This document shows, one piece after another, positions 27,400-40,695 of a stretch of 64,000 nt of DNA. How positions within the stretch are numbered: the stretch's first letter is position 1; each line of letters starts with the position of its first letter. The position numbers and the translations under genes were made by a program. Under the pieces are notes generated by a model, which worked only from the letters and a program-made list of their open reading frames with translations, did no database searches and was not told the origin of the DNA. This stretch comes from Malacoraja senta (Eukaryota), in assembly GCA_038087875.1 (NCBI GenBank), contig CM075988.1, forward strand, positions 23,686,001 to 23,750,000, in the 5' to 3' direction.

Positions 27400-28500
27400 A
27401 CTCACTTGAAAATATACATACACACAAAAAACGCAATTCGTTTTGCTACCAGACAGAGAAGGAAGCAACTGGGGTTTAAGGCGAGGAGAGGAAGAGTCGC
27501 GGGGTAAATGGGTCAATATTTACAACACATCTTTCTGGGCTTCCTCTGGTGTCCTGTCACCTCGGAGAGAAGGAGACGGCGCAAACCCAAACATTGCCCC
27601 CACAATGTACCCTCTCCTCTGTAGAATTGTCCTAGCACAAATTAAGCAATCATTTTTTCCCCCAGACATTTAAACCCAAAAAGCAGCAGTCGACAAGTAC
27701 GGGCGTTTAAAATCAATTTAACACTAGGCGAAGCTCAAGAAGGTTAAACGCATTTTTTTTAAGTACAAACAACGCCAAAGACTATTTTTGGGGCCTTGCA
27801 CCAAAGCAACGGCCAACGGAAGAGAAGAAAAAATAATCAACTTCCTACGCAGCTTTATAAATAATAGCCAGGGAGCTGTGGTTCACAAAAATAAAGGTAC
27901 ATCCTTGGCCCTGACGCTTCGAGAGAGTAGTTCAAGAGAAAATAGTTGTAAACGAACCCGTGATGGCGGCGATTTCGGTCCGATTTTGTCTTATATTTAT
28001 TCTCTTTTTTGTCTGTCAGCTCTGCCCGATTCCAACATGGCGTCTCCACTCTCAGCCCCCAACGTCATCAGCGGGCATCGAATATATCGCATCAATTATT
28101 AAAGCAATCGCACCCGCTTTAAAAAAACAACACTTGTTTACCTCATGAAATCCCCCAAATCGACCATACACGACAGAAAAAAATGAAGTGATTTCGAATT
28201 TAAGTTTAGTTTAGGGCGGTTGAAGAAAAGGAGGGGGGGGGGAGGGAAAGGGGGGCAAACCTGTCACGTGACCACCCTCTTGCCAAGCTGCATGTTGTCC
28301 ATTGACTTTATTCCCTGATACGATGAGAAGGTATTATTATTATTATTGCTTTCAGCTCTCTCTCTCTCTTTCGCGTGGTTTGTTCTCGTTTATCTTGTTT
28401 ATTTTTCCCCCCCAGCGTCACTCTCTGGTTTTTTTTTCCTTCTGTTGTTGGTGACCTTGTTGTTCTACGTTCGCGCCCTCTCCTGGTGGCTCCACTTTTC
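27400..28500 (-). promoter_or_regulatory. DDX6: DDX6 promoter / first non-coding exon region (CpG-enriched)
   Basis: CpG-enriched. YY1-type motifs (GATGGCGGC ~27962, AACATGGCG ~28034), GC box ~28213, GTCACGTGAC at 28263-28272. Candidate minus-strand donors at 28141 and 27405. Confidence 0.7.
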
Positions 28501-31500
28501 TTCAAAAGAGTTGGAGACAGTCAGTCGTGGAGATATTATTTAACTCGTCCACATTGCCCATTTTTGTATTTGGGGGAAATATCCGACAACAGCTCAGTCT
28601 TAAAGGTTGCCTAAGCATGAAGCGTGTTGTGACAGGGAAGACTTCAAACCGTGACACAGAGGAAGACAGACTGAGGTCCATGGAAACCATGTGTTGGGCA
28701 GTGGGAATAATTTAGGATTGTTCTAACAAAGATCTAGCACAGCATCTGTCAGCTGTTGGCTTTGTGTGCTTTTACTTTATACCAGCTTATTTTTTTTAAT
28801 ATACTGGTCTTATTTCTTAGATGTACCGCAAGACCGCCTGAAGTGTTACACATAGGACATATTTCAAAGTCTTGGGAAGAATAATCTAGGGTAAAAAATT
28901 CTAATATTGCAAATGCTGAAGGAGGTGTTTTATTATTAAAGGTGTGGTCTTTCAGATGAGATGTTTACTTAGTCTTTACCTGTAGGAAATCCCGGGAGTG
29001 CTGGCTAATTATCACATATATTGAATAAATAAATACAAGTCTAGTCGAGTTTTATTCTTGCACAAGTACAGCGAGATACAGGTACAATGAAAATCTTGCT
29101 TGCAGTGGCATTACAGGCACATAGGTTCAGAGAACACTGAAAACATAAATTATGCATAAATTAAAATAGACAGTGAAATTTAAAAAAAATGCAAAAGCAA
29201 TACATAAGTGCAAAACCCAATTAGAAAACAAGTCTATGGTAGTGCAACTGTGTGTAAGATATGGTATTCATGTATAGTCTTTGACCGGACAGTACACAAA
29301 CAAAAGCTCTTCACTGTACCTCAGCGCACAAGACAATAATAAACAAAGCTAATAGGTAATCTGTAGTGTTCCATTGCTGAGGTATGATTAAGGTTGCACA
29401 GGTTGATTCAAGAACCTGATGACTGCAGAAAAGTAGGCGTTCCTGAACCTAGTGGTATAGCACTTCAAGCTCCTGTACCTCCTGCCTAACAGTAGCAGTG
29501 AGAGGAGGCATGACCCAAATGGTGGAAATTCTTGATGATAGATGCTGTTTTCTTGAGCTAACGCTTGACATAACTGCTTTGTTGTTTGTGAGAACTTGCT
29601 TTGGGTGCATTGGTTATCACGTTTCTTCTGTTACATTAGTGACTATACCTCAAAACGACATCATTGCATGTAAAGTGCTTTGGAAAAAGCAAAATGTAAA
29701 GATTTTTACAATATTAAACACTGTATTTGTTGTTATATTGCATTGTGTGGTAGTTTGTTTTTGCACACATTGTATGCTGTGTAACTTATGTTGTAACAGT
29801 GACTATATTTCAGAAAGTACATATGTTTCTGTGGCTATGTGCTGCTAATTACTGATCAGTTCCTAAAATCTATTTTGTCATTCAGTGAGATCATGACCAT
29901 CGGCCTTTCATTGCTTCTGTGTTCCAGCGACAGATATTGTAATAGAAAATAATAAAAGTGATGTAATTTGAAATTACGTGAACTGTAGTGACTGAGTTTC
30001 TTTGGAATCACTACATTTCTAACACTCAGATTAGTTCTTGCTTTATTGACCACAGTTATTCTCAAACTGAACAACAGTACGCAGTGCAACAGTGCTTGAA
30101 GATGAAACCACTATGTACACTCAATTCTTAAAGGTACTCTTACATGTTAAAAAAAAACTCACAGCTTCCCCTTTAAAAGAAAGTGAACCCCATATAACCA
30201 AGTAATTATTTACATGTGAACTTATGGTTAATTATTTACAGTGGCACAATATATAAACAGTTATAAAATTGACTAGTTATAAATTCACTCAGTAATTGAG
30301 CCATAAAACTGCAGTTGGGAGGAATTCAAAGAAAAATAGAAAATGCTGTAAGCACATATCATGTCAAGTAGCATCTGAGGGAAAAGGTTTGTTTCAGGTC
30401 GAGAACCCTTCATCCAAATGGAAAAAAAGTGTGAAAACTATGTTTTAAGTGCAGAAGGGCATGTGCTGTAATCAGCATAGGGAATGTTGAAAAGAGAGTG
30501 CAGATTAAATTTGTCAATGTAACAATCACTTTATAAAACAGCAGCTTGAAAAATGAAAGAAAAATAGAAATAAATTGAAAGAGAAAAAAGCAGCTACCAA
30601 CAGAAATTGTTAAATTCATTATCCAGTTCTGAGGGCTGCAACATGCTCGAACAATGGTTGTTTTTAGTTGATCTTACATTGGGGATCATTGGATCAGAAT
30701 GATCAGCATCTTCTTGAGGTCACCTTTGTGCAAGTTACATAAACCCAAATACAAACTTTTAATAACTAATTAATAACCACAATAAGTACAATCAAAATAT
30801 GTATTTGTCATACTATTGCATATCATAAACTCAATGGCGAAGGCTTTAACCTTGGTTGTCTTTTAGTACTGTATGTTTTTCTCCATGCTGTTTTGTGTCC
30901 TGGCTATCTTTCTTCCAATTCTTAACCTTCTCTCCTTTTCATCTTTCCCATTATAGTCTTTGTTGGAGATCCACTTCTTTCCCTTTTATGGAATCAGTGT
31001 TCACTGGAACATTCCACCTCCAGTGCAGCTTTTTTGGGATGTCTAAGCCGCTAGCTGCACTTGGGTCCCAAAAAAGCAGGACTGGACGTGGAATGTTCAA
31101 GATTCAAGAGAGTTTATTGTCATGTGTTCCTGATACAGACCTCATTCTGGTCTTAAGTCTACTAGGCTATTTCCTTTCACTGTTGGTTGGCTTTAAATCA
31201 CTCCTGTCCACAACTTGTAACTGCCTTATTATTGCAGCCACTTCTTTCAGAATCAAAGGATAATGAGATGAAAATATTGTTATTTACTGAACTGAGCTCA
31301 CCAATGTCCAAAACTTTTTGGGAGTAGGGTGAATCTTTTAGTTGCCTGTACCTAGCAGAAAATTATTTGGTGCCAGAGTCCTGAAAAGCGCTATATAAAT
31401 AAAATGTATTATTATTATTATAGAGTTTACGTTTGTGGGATCAAAGCTGATGTTTGTCAATGTGTAACCATTGATGACCGACAATCTCTGTTCTGATGGT

Positions 31501-31959
31501 GTTTATAGTTTCATCTGGAAGACTTGAATGTTTAGTAGTGTGTATTTTACCAAACAAACTATTTGCTGTTACACTCCACTAAAGTAGGCAGCAGAGGGAG
31601 ATGAAATTTGCGACTTTGTGTTGTGTTGCATGAGCACAGAGGTTTTTGACACCACATAAGTGCTGAAGGCATATGTATACTCCTGTTGTCCTGTTACTAA
31701 ATTTGTTCCATGGTTGCTGCTGCATATTGCTCAGCTGCAATGACAACTGTCAAAATGCCACAAGGTCCTGAGAAACTGATCCATCTCCAGTAAGTGAGTG
31801 ACTTCAGTGTGTAACACACCACAGTGCTTATGGACACTAGGATAGATGATTGTGTTCAGTGAACTTTTAAAAAAAGTCAACAATGGCATGTAAGTCTCCG
31901 ATTGTAACACAACCATTTTAGGCAATTTTGGGAAAGTTCTTAAACTTCAATAGCTTTCT

Positions 31960-32420
31960 TACCCTAATACTGCCGTCGGACTTCTACAGAAGATTTTACA
32001 GATGCACCATGGAAGAGGCAAGTTGCATGGTAGCTTGGTTTGGCAACAGCTCTGCCATGACCACAAGTAATTGCAGTGTCCAAGATGCAGCCCAGTCCAT
32101 CACACAGACCAAACTCCCCACCATTGACTCCAATTACACTTCATGCTGCCTGATAAAAGCAGCCAACATAATCAGACTTGTCCCATCCCTGTCATTCCTT
32201 CTTCTCCTTGCTCCCTCCTGGCAGAAGGTAGAAAAGTTTTAAAGTGCACACCTCCAGACTCAGGAACAGCTTCTTCCCCAGTTATCAGGCTTCCCAACAA
32301 TTGTTCCATAAGCTAGGGTACTATCCATTTCACCTCTTCACCATTAAGGACATTAGACTTTGTGAATGGAACTGATGTGCTACAATACTGAGAACTATAT
32401 TCTGCACTCTGTATTTCCCC
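31960..32420 (+). mobile_element. Degenerate Rex1/Babar-like LINE 3' fragment
   Basis: FYRCTMEE..SCMVAWFGNS and a downstream RNSFFP-like segment; homologous to 40884-41334. Confidence 0.7.
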
Positions 32421-33107
32421 CTTTGCTCATGTATGAATCTGTTTATGGGTGTTGTGCCCTATTCTGGGCCATTTTTATCGAAGTTTGCCTTGCCTTGGCG
32501 TTTTTGGCTCTGTTGGACTGAGTAGCGGCCAACAAAGTAACATAGATACAAATCACAAAGGTAATTGAAAATTGCATGACTGCTGCTTATTAAAGAGAAC
32601 CAATTAATTATGAGAAAAGCATATTTGGATGACAAATACACGGCAGTCTGGTGATACGGCAGTACGATAATGATGACGGAGAAGGTTGTGATCTATACCG
32701 AAAAAAGTTTAATTTGAAATGTTCCTTTCAACATAGAACAAAGCCATTTGGGTATCAGAAGGAAAACAATCAAGTAACGAGCATGTTGCAAGCACCGGTT
32801 TCATAAACACCAGAGATCGCATGGGGATATTACACTTTAGGATGATGCTTATTGCAAAAAATAAATGTCAACATAGCTAGTTCTGGAACACATTCACACA
32901 GAGGGTTGCCGATATATATATATATATGACGAGTGCTTAAGAAGGTAGTTGAGGCAGTACAATAATCAACATTTCAAAAGATATTTGGTCAGGTACATGG
33001 ATTGGAAAGGATTAGAAGGATGTAGGCCAAATGCAGGCAATGGGGATCAACGTAGATGGGACATCTTGGTTGGCATAGGCAAGTTGGGCCAAAGAGCCTA
33101 ATTCCAT

Positions 33108-33616
33108 GTAGGAAGGAACCGCAGATGCTGGTTTAAACCGAAGATAGACACAAAAAGCTGAAGAAGGGTCTCGACCCGAAATGTCACCCATTCCTTCTCT
33201 CCAGAGATGCTGCCTGTCCCGCTGAGTTTTGTGTCTATCGTGAGCCTAATTCTGTGCTGTAAGACTCGAAGATAGGCATTAAGTGCTGGAGTAACTCAGT
33301 GGGTCAGGCAGCATCTCTGAAGCCGTTGGCTCAGAGATGCTGCCTTTGTGTCTATCTGTGATATGAAACAACATCTGCAATTCTTTGTTTCTACTTATTG
33401 TAAGACTATAAAGGTAGACACAAAATGCTGGATGAACAAGCAGCATCTCTGGAGAAAAGGAATGGGTGACGTTTCGGGTCGAGACCCTTCTTCAGACCCT
33501 CGACCTGAAACATCACCCATTCTTTCTCTGCAGAGATGCTGCCTGTCCCGCTGAATTACTCCAGCATTCTGTGTCCATCTTCGATGTAAACCAGCATCTG
33601 CAGTTCCTTCCTACAC
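33108..33616. mobile_element. Cluster of palindromic Penelope-derived repeats
   Basis: Inverted copies of the gacacaaaa..ctgaagaagggtctcgacccgaaa unit; direct repeat attgtaagact at 33397-33407 and 33617-33627. Confidence 0.7.
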
Positions 33617-35099
33617 ATTGTAAGACTCTAAGTTGATTGTAATATGGCAGGGGTTAAGAAGGTAACCACAGTATTTAACATGACAAAAAAAAAACTGCAA
33701 CCACAATCTTGATACTTTTCCTGCAACAAATGACTCCATATGCCAGGGGAGTTTTAATTTATTTTTATTTTTATTTTATTTTTTAAAATTGCTTTGTTTA
33801 TTTATTTATTTTTTATTTATGTCAGGGGTAGTCGTGAGCCTTTTCCCAATTTCTACAGGATTTTCGTTTCAGCCTTCCCCCCAGTTTGTATCCAACCCCT
33901 GCAGTGAACAAAAGCCACCATTGCCGTCCGGGCTGCGAGCTGCACCAATCTCCTCTGCCGCTTCCTCCCCGGACCCCAGCAACAGCAGCACGACGGCCAA
34001 TGAAAGCAGCCCAGTATTAAATACCAGCTCTGCCCTGCCCTGCCCACAACCATCCGAATATGATTCCCAGGTCAAAAACATTGCCTTCTCTCCAAACTCA
34101 ACGCCCAGAACTCCTCCATATTTCTCAGCCCTTAACATCAATCTATCTCAAATGTAAAATTATAATCTGAATTTGCATTAACTAATTTTTTTTGTGTGTG
34201 GGAGACGGTTCCATAGCTCCACGTGATGAAGCAGCAGCGAGCTTCTCCCAGTATGGCTTGGGAAAATCTTACTCTGAATTTTAGGGTCATTTTGCCTTTT
34301 TCGAGACTACCCTAAGTAAACAAAAAAAAGTTTATTTTAATATGGCCCGTCAGACTTTTGTATTTTAGTGATTAAAAGCTTCATTAACGTATTCTTTCTG
34401 GACAAGTTAGTGCATGGAATTCAAAAAACAATTCTGATGATTCTGCACTGGATTCTTTCAATACTGATATATTCCATGTAAGCTGCTACTGGGAGAGCCA
34501 AGTCTGGACATGTGATGTCACCAGATTTAGTACAGCTGTAGCAAAGCCACTTATACGCCTCCGTGTTTAAAGGCTAATATCTGTTCCTCATTTCCTTTGT
34601 TGGTGCCCTGTACGTGGCGACTCTTTGCACACTTGTGTATTGTATGCGAAACAAAGAATTTCACTGTACCAGGTACATGTGACAGTAAAGTATCAATCTT
34701 TCATTTTTGTCACATTTTAGTGACTGTATATGGAATTCCCTTGGACTTCCGCTACTTCTGATCATTTCTTTAATGTATGACTTCACATTTGCTTCAATTG
34801 AAATACTTTTTTCCTGTTATTTAATCTGTCAATGTCATTTTACGTTTTATGCTCCCTTGTGCTCTTTTTACGATGCCACACATCTTGGATGTACGGGACA
34901 AACAGGAGTGTCCTGGTGGGCCATTGTTACCTGTAGGAAGGCACTGTGGATGCTGGTTTACACCAAAGATATTCACAAAATGCTGTAGTAACTCAGTGGA
35001 ACAGGCATCAACTTCGGATAAGAGGAATGGGTGATGTTTTGGGTCGAGACCCTTCTTCAGACTCGGTTTTATCTTCTACCCAAAATTCATAAACAGAAC

Positions 35100-35650
35100 T
35101 GCCTGAGCCCTTGTTACTGTCTGCTCTTGCCCCACTGAATTTATATCCCACTACCTTGACTCTATCCTATCCCCTTGACCAGGACTGTGCATGCTTTCCA
35201 CCATTTTGACAACTTTCAATTTCCAGCTTCACCTTCACTATGGAAGTCCAATCTTTAAACCTCTGTCTCCCATCAGGAAGATAGCAAAGCCCTCTGCTTC
35301 TTATTGCAACAAAGATCCCTTCTACTAACACTCTCATCTGCCTGGATGAATTTGTTCTAACTGCTCTTTGACTCTTCTCACCTGCTACAAATCAAAAGTA
35401 TAGCCATGGGCACCTGCATGAACTCTAGCCATTACTGTTTGTTTTTCACAGACCCTGTTCCAAACTTTTTCTGGTACCACTCCCCAATTCTTTCTCCATT
35501 ATATCATCAACTGCTTTGCTGCTGTTTCCTGCACTCGTGCAGAAGATGCCAATTTTATCACCTTCGCTCCCACTTTCTACCCCATGTCAAATTCACTTCC
35601 ACCATTTCTGACACTTCTCTCCATTATCTAGATCTAGATCTCTCTCTCTC
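35100..35650 (+). mobile_element. Decayed Penelope-like reverse transcriptase fragment
   Basis: VAMGT.....YCLF and HVKFTSTISDTSLHYLDL resemble PLE RT motifs; frameshifted. Confidence 0.6.
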
Positions 35651-36559
35651 CATTGAATTATATGTGCATGCATGATATCAGGATAACACATGGATACCCC
35701 TTCTGTCGTGGGGTAAACTGAGACTGACACCCCTCCCCAATCTTTGCACATCCCCCAAGCCTTTTCATTCGTCACTCTAATTTCATGATGTAGTTTGTGT
35801 TTTTATGACTGTTGGCAGATCAATTTCCCTCCTGGGATAAATAAAGTTCTATCGTATCGATCATATCGTATTGTATAATACATATGTTACATACAACTGT
35901 ATAACACAAGAACAGACCCTTCAACTCTCAAAATCTGTGCCAAACAAGATGCCAATTTAAAGTAATCCTACCCACCTGGACATGGTCCATACCCCTCCAC
36001 CAACTGCCTGTGGATGTGCCTTCCAAATGCTTCATGAATATTGGTCTCATATCTGCTTCCACAACCTCCCCAGGGCAACACATTTTAGGCACTTACCTAA
36101 AAGTAAGTTAGGTATTTGTTTTCTTTGTAACTTAAAGCACACAAAGTTGTTCATAACCCCGGTTGATCTCTGCCTTGAAAATACTTAGTGACTAAATCTT
36201 CACAACCCTCTTCCAATTTATGTTATCAGTGGCTGACCACTTACATTGGACCTCAATCTGTCATGTCATGGGCTCAGTCTACTTAATCTCTCCTATGTAT
36301 GACAAATGCACCATCCCAATAATCAAACTTCTTTACATTCCCTTTATCTCAAGCATATTATTCCTTTGGCAGGGAAACTAGTCTTGTGTACAATATTTTC
36401 AGATGTGATCCCAACTTTAATTGGAGCAAGATATTTCTACTCTTGTGTTCAAGTCCTGTTACAATTAAAGCCAACATTAATTTTGCTTACCTAATTGCTT
36501 GTTTTACCTTCATCATAACTTGGAACGATTCACATTTCAGAGAGAAATCTAAAGATCCC

Positions 36560-37215
36560 TCTAAAGAATCTAGAATTCCCTCTAAAGATCGACATCTTTA
36601 ATCTTCTGCTATTTAAAAATACCCCAATTTTTTTAATCCAATGTATGACCTCATATTTTGCCACATTATATTTTCATCAGCCAGATCATTTCTTATCCAT
36701 TTATCCTGTTTACATCTCCTTAAAGCCTCCATTGATCTTCTTCTCAGCCTACCATGGCAAGTAGCTTTGTACCACCTACAAAACCTGGCTATATTGCACT
36801 CGAACCCCTCATCCTGATCATTCATACAGATTGCAAACAATTTTTGCCAAGTTCCAGTTTCTGCAGCACCCCAATATTCCCAGCTTCCCAACCTCAAAGT
36901 GACTTGATTATTCCTACACTCTGATTTTGTCTATTAACCAATCTTTAAGTTATGCCAGTGCATCTCAAATGTCATGTACTCTAATTTTGTTTTAAATTTT
37001 CTTGTGTGGCACTTTAGCAAAAGCAAGAAAGTCTCCACTCATCGCATTAACTAGTTCGCTCTTATCTATTCCATTAGTTATAACCTCAAAAGGTTCTGAT
37101 AGATTTGCCAAATATAATTTCCCTTTCATAAATCCATGCTTATTCCAACTATTATTGTCTAAGTATCCTGTTATCACTTCCTCAGCAACAGACTCCAACA
37201 TTCCACCTGCTACTG
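36560..37215 (-). mobile_element. Old CR1 RT fragment
   Basis: HGFMKGK...NL...AFAKVPH on minus. Confidence 0.7.
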
Positions 37216-37651
37216 ACGCATGTGTTTAAAAATGTTTTTTTCCCCCTTGCAAGATATGAACATTAGTCCTGTTTATCTCATTGCAGAGATTCTACCTGGC
37301 CTGCAATATACTTCCAGCATTACCTGTTTGTATTTGAAGAAATGTTGGATAAGGCGACTCAAAGCATGTTCAGAGGTGAATTATTTTGTATTAGGCCCAA
37401 GGAAATTCATGGCCGAGTCACTATTATGGTGCGCATTATATTGGAATCCATAAGAATCACATTGGAATAATGCAGGCATCTCAGGGTACAGCAGTAGACT
37501 TGAGGAAGGTAGTAGAGAGTAATGGGCAAGGAAGGCCAGGCAAAGTTGCACTAATATCAATTTAGTAATGATAATTAATCTGCGTTTTTCTAAGGATAGT
37601 GGTTTAAGGGATGAATATTGGATGTGGAGAGGATGTTTCTACTGGTGGGAG

Positions 37652-39308
37652 CAGGGCCGGATTTAGATGAAGAGAGGCCCTAGGCTATTCCACTTGTGAG
37701 GCCCCTCCCAATCCCCCACCCCCACGACGAGAGGAAGATTGAAGAGTCCACCAGATTGACACCGATGTGCAGCCGAGTGTGGCCAATGAGATAAGAGCTG
37801 GAAAGATGCGCTTTTTAATTTATTTCTTTATTGCCAGTGCTAGTGTCGAGTTATCAGCTTAAAACACGATTACTCTGAAATGGTGGGCAAGGAAAATTAC
37901 TGAAGTGTTGTTTAGAGACTACAGTGCGTTGTGACAGCATATGTAAGAAAGGCCTATGACAGTGTCAAAAATATTATACACCAGGCCCGTACGAAGCTTT
38001 TCAAAAAGGGGGGTGGCATGGCAGGATTACAAAAAAATTATGTGAAATAAGTGCATGCAGCGCATATCACAAGTGCGAAGCTCAAAGACCCTTGCCGCTC
38101 TGGGGTTTTAGATGCTCTCTGGTGCATTCTGAGCCTTATTTTGGAGCATTTTTGCACCAAACTTATGACCAATATTTCAGAAATAATTTTGGTTGAGTCA
38201 AGAGTAATGAGTGGTTTGAATGGGATGATTGGGATCATTGTTGTATAAATTTTTTTAAATCAAGAATTGAAGCTGTCCTTGTTTTAATAATCAAGTTGTA
38301 CTGTAAAATGTTATGTAAAATGTTATAAAGGAGCATGCAAACACTGCAAATAAAATACTGTAAGTTTATGCAGTAAATAAAACCTTTTTTAGAAAATGTT
38401 TTGTGTGTTAATTTGATTGCCTGTTACTGTTCGACTGTGTTAGTGTGTGCACATTAAAAATATGTTGCAAAATGAAAGTCTGGAACTATGAATTACATAT
38501 TTTTCAGTATTGTTATCAAGGAAAAGAAAGCAGTTCCAATTGTTTGATATTATTCATATGGAGGAGAAAATATAATTGCTCTAAAATCTACCTTAATTTT
38601 GCACTCACTAAAGATAATCCCCCTTTCCCTCTCCCCCTTCCTCCTTCCCCCTCCCTCTCCCTCCACCTCTCTCTCCATCCCCATCTCTCCCCCCTCCCCC
38701 CCTTCCCCTCTCTCTCTCCCCTCTCTCTCTCCCCCCTCTGTCTCAACCCCCCCTTTCCCCCTCTTACATCCCCACTCTCTCCCTCCCACGCAGCGAGGCT
38801 CCGACTGCGCCGCAGACACCGCAGCCCCACCCCCCCCGGCCCGGAGAAACGGGCACTCCTGCAACGCAATATTCCACTACTTACCTGGAGTAGACACCTA
38901 GGATCTTTGGTAGACACGAGGCATCGAGGTGTGGAGTGCAAATGGAGATCTGAACCCGCCCGGGCCCACTGCGCACGCGCGGAGAGAGAGAGTCATTTTG
39001 CGTCGCAACTGCGTCACCGCCTTTCCCAAATTGCGCAGGCGCGGATGGTCACAATTTTTTTCCCCAAAACTTCCAGCGGGCCGGAACCAGAATTTCGGGT
39101 AATTTCTGTCAAAGTGGAAACGCTGATAGCACTCCAATTTTTTTTTTCTCCGGATTTTTTTAACTCTGGGGAAAAAAACACCTTGGCCGGAGCCCCCTAG
39201 ATTTTGAGGCCTATGAAGCCTATAGGTAAATCCGGTCCTGCCGAGGCCCCCCTAGATCTCGAGGCCCTAAGCTTAAGCTTGTGAAGCTTATACGTAAATC
39301 CGGCGCTG
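37652..39308. mobile_element. Non-autonomous hAT DNA transposon (1657 bp) inserted in CR1
   Basis: TIRs CAGGGCCGGATTTA / TAAATCCGGCGCTG; 8 bp TSD (g/a)gtgggag at 37644-37651 and 39309-39316; CR1 host continues on both sides. Confidence 0.85.
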
Positions 39309-40266
39309 AGTGGGAGAGTCAAGAATTAGAGGTCATACCCTCAGAATTAAAGGTCGTTCTTTTAGGAAGGAGATGAGGAGGAATTTCTTTAGTCAGAGGG
39401 TGGTGAATCTGTGGAATTCTTTGCCACAGATGGTTGTGGAGGCCAAGTCAATGGATATATTTAAGGCAGAGATAGACCGGAGGGAAATTGTTCTGCCGAC
39501 AGTCACAACACACAAGGTACACAGAAACTTGAAAGTAAAAGTGAAAACAAAAAGAAAAAGACAAGCGACTGTTATCTGGCTGCCTGTGCACAGTGCCTTC
39601 ACCGGAACAAATAAACAAACGAACACAGGCTTATGCCCTGGGCAGAGGATACTAAACTACAGTGCCCGCCACCCTACCCCTTTGTTCTCCCACCGCCCCT
39701 CTCAGCGGTCATCCCATGCCGGGTCCCCATTCTTCACGGCACCCCCCCCCCCAGGTCCCCATTGTCTTCACTTCCCCCCTCACGCTCATCGACCATGAGG
39801 CCCCACCGCCATCGGGGCTCCCGTTGTCGCCTAGGCTCATGTTGCCACCGAGACCCCACTGCCGCCGAGACTCTTGCCGCCAAAGTTAAGGCTCCTCCGG
39901 CCCAGATAGGCCTCGCCACCCGGCTTCACTGCAGTCCTCTGGGAGGCCTGTCGAGCGAGTCGGGCCTACCGTGGCGCGTTCCGGTCTTCGGTTGTCATTC
40001 TGGTCGGCGGCGGTGCGGTGTTAGGCGGGTGAATCGGGCCCGCGCGACTCCCTGGGACACTCCCGCCGCACATGCGGTTCCCCGGGACACTATGTCCATT
40101 CTTCCCCTTTTTGCCCGTCAAGATAGATTCTTGATCAGTACGGATGTCAGAGGTTATGGGGAGAAGGCAGGAGAATGGGATTAGGATGGAGAGATAGATC
40201 AGCCATGATTGAATGGTGGAGTAGACTTGATGGGCCGAATGGCCTAGTTCCACTCTTCTCACTTAT
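39309..40266 (+). mobile_element. CR1 3' fragment interrupted by a GC-rich insert (39478-40120)
   Basis: GESRIRGHTLRIKG...FKAEIDR, resuming at 40121; similar to 61130-61460. Confidence 0.85.
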
Positions 40267-40346
40267 GATGATATTGGTCAGATTGCGGGTTAAAAACTCC
40301 ACTGCCCTTCCACGTGGGCGGTACAGGCGCACAGCTGGTAGATCTG

Positions 40347-40695
40347 TGGGACGACAGATGGCGCAATGGGCTAAGTGTTCGGCTGGCAACCGGAAGGTAG
40401 CCGGTTCGAATCCCGCTTGGAGTGCATACTGTCGTTGTGTCCTTGGGCAAGACACTTCACCCACCTTTGCCTGCGTGTGAATGTGCGTGAATGTGTGTGA
40501 GTGATTGGTGGTGGTCGGAGGGGCCGTAGGCGCAAATTAGCAGCCACGCTTCCGTCAGTCTGCCCCAGGGCAGCTGTGGCCACAGAAGTAGCTCACCACC
40601 ACCGAGTGTGACTGAGGAGTGAATGAATAATGCGATGTAAAGCGCCTTGAGTATTAAAAAGGCGCTATATAAATCCCATCCATTATTATTATTAT
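40347..40695 (+). mobile_element. Young tRNA-derived SINE with L2-type tail (teleost AFC-like)
   Basis: A box TGGCGCAATGG, B box GGTTCGAATCC, core GTGTCCTTGGGCAAGACACTT, tail GTAAAGCGCC..GCGCTATATAAAT(ATT)n; TSD tagatctg. Confidence 0.85.

Noticed and set aside
38445..39200. 251 aa ORF
   Set aside because: Runs through a CT-rich low-complexity tract inside a non-autonomous hAT element; no transposase motifs.
39633..40262. Overlapping GC-rich ORFs
   Set aside because: Explained by stop-codon scarcity in a GC-rich repeat insert.
40348..40420. tRNA-like sequence with A and B boxes
   Set aside because: It is the head of a SINE with body, tail and TSD, not a tRNA gene.
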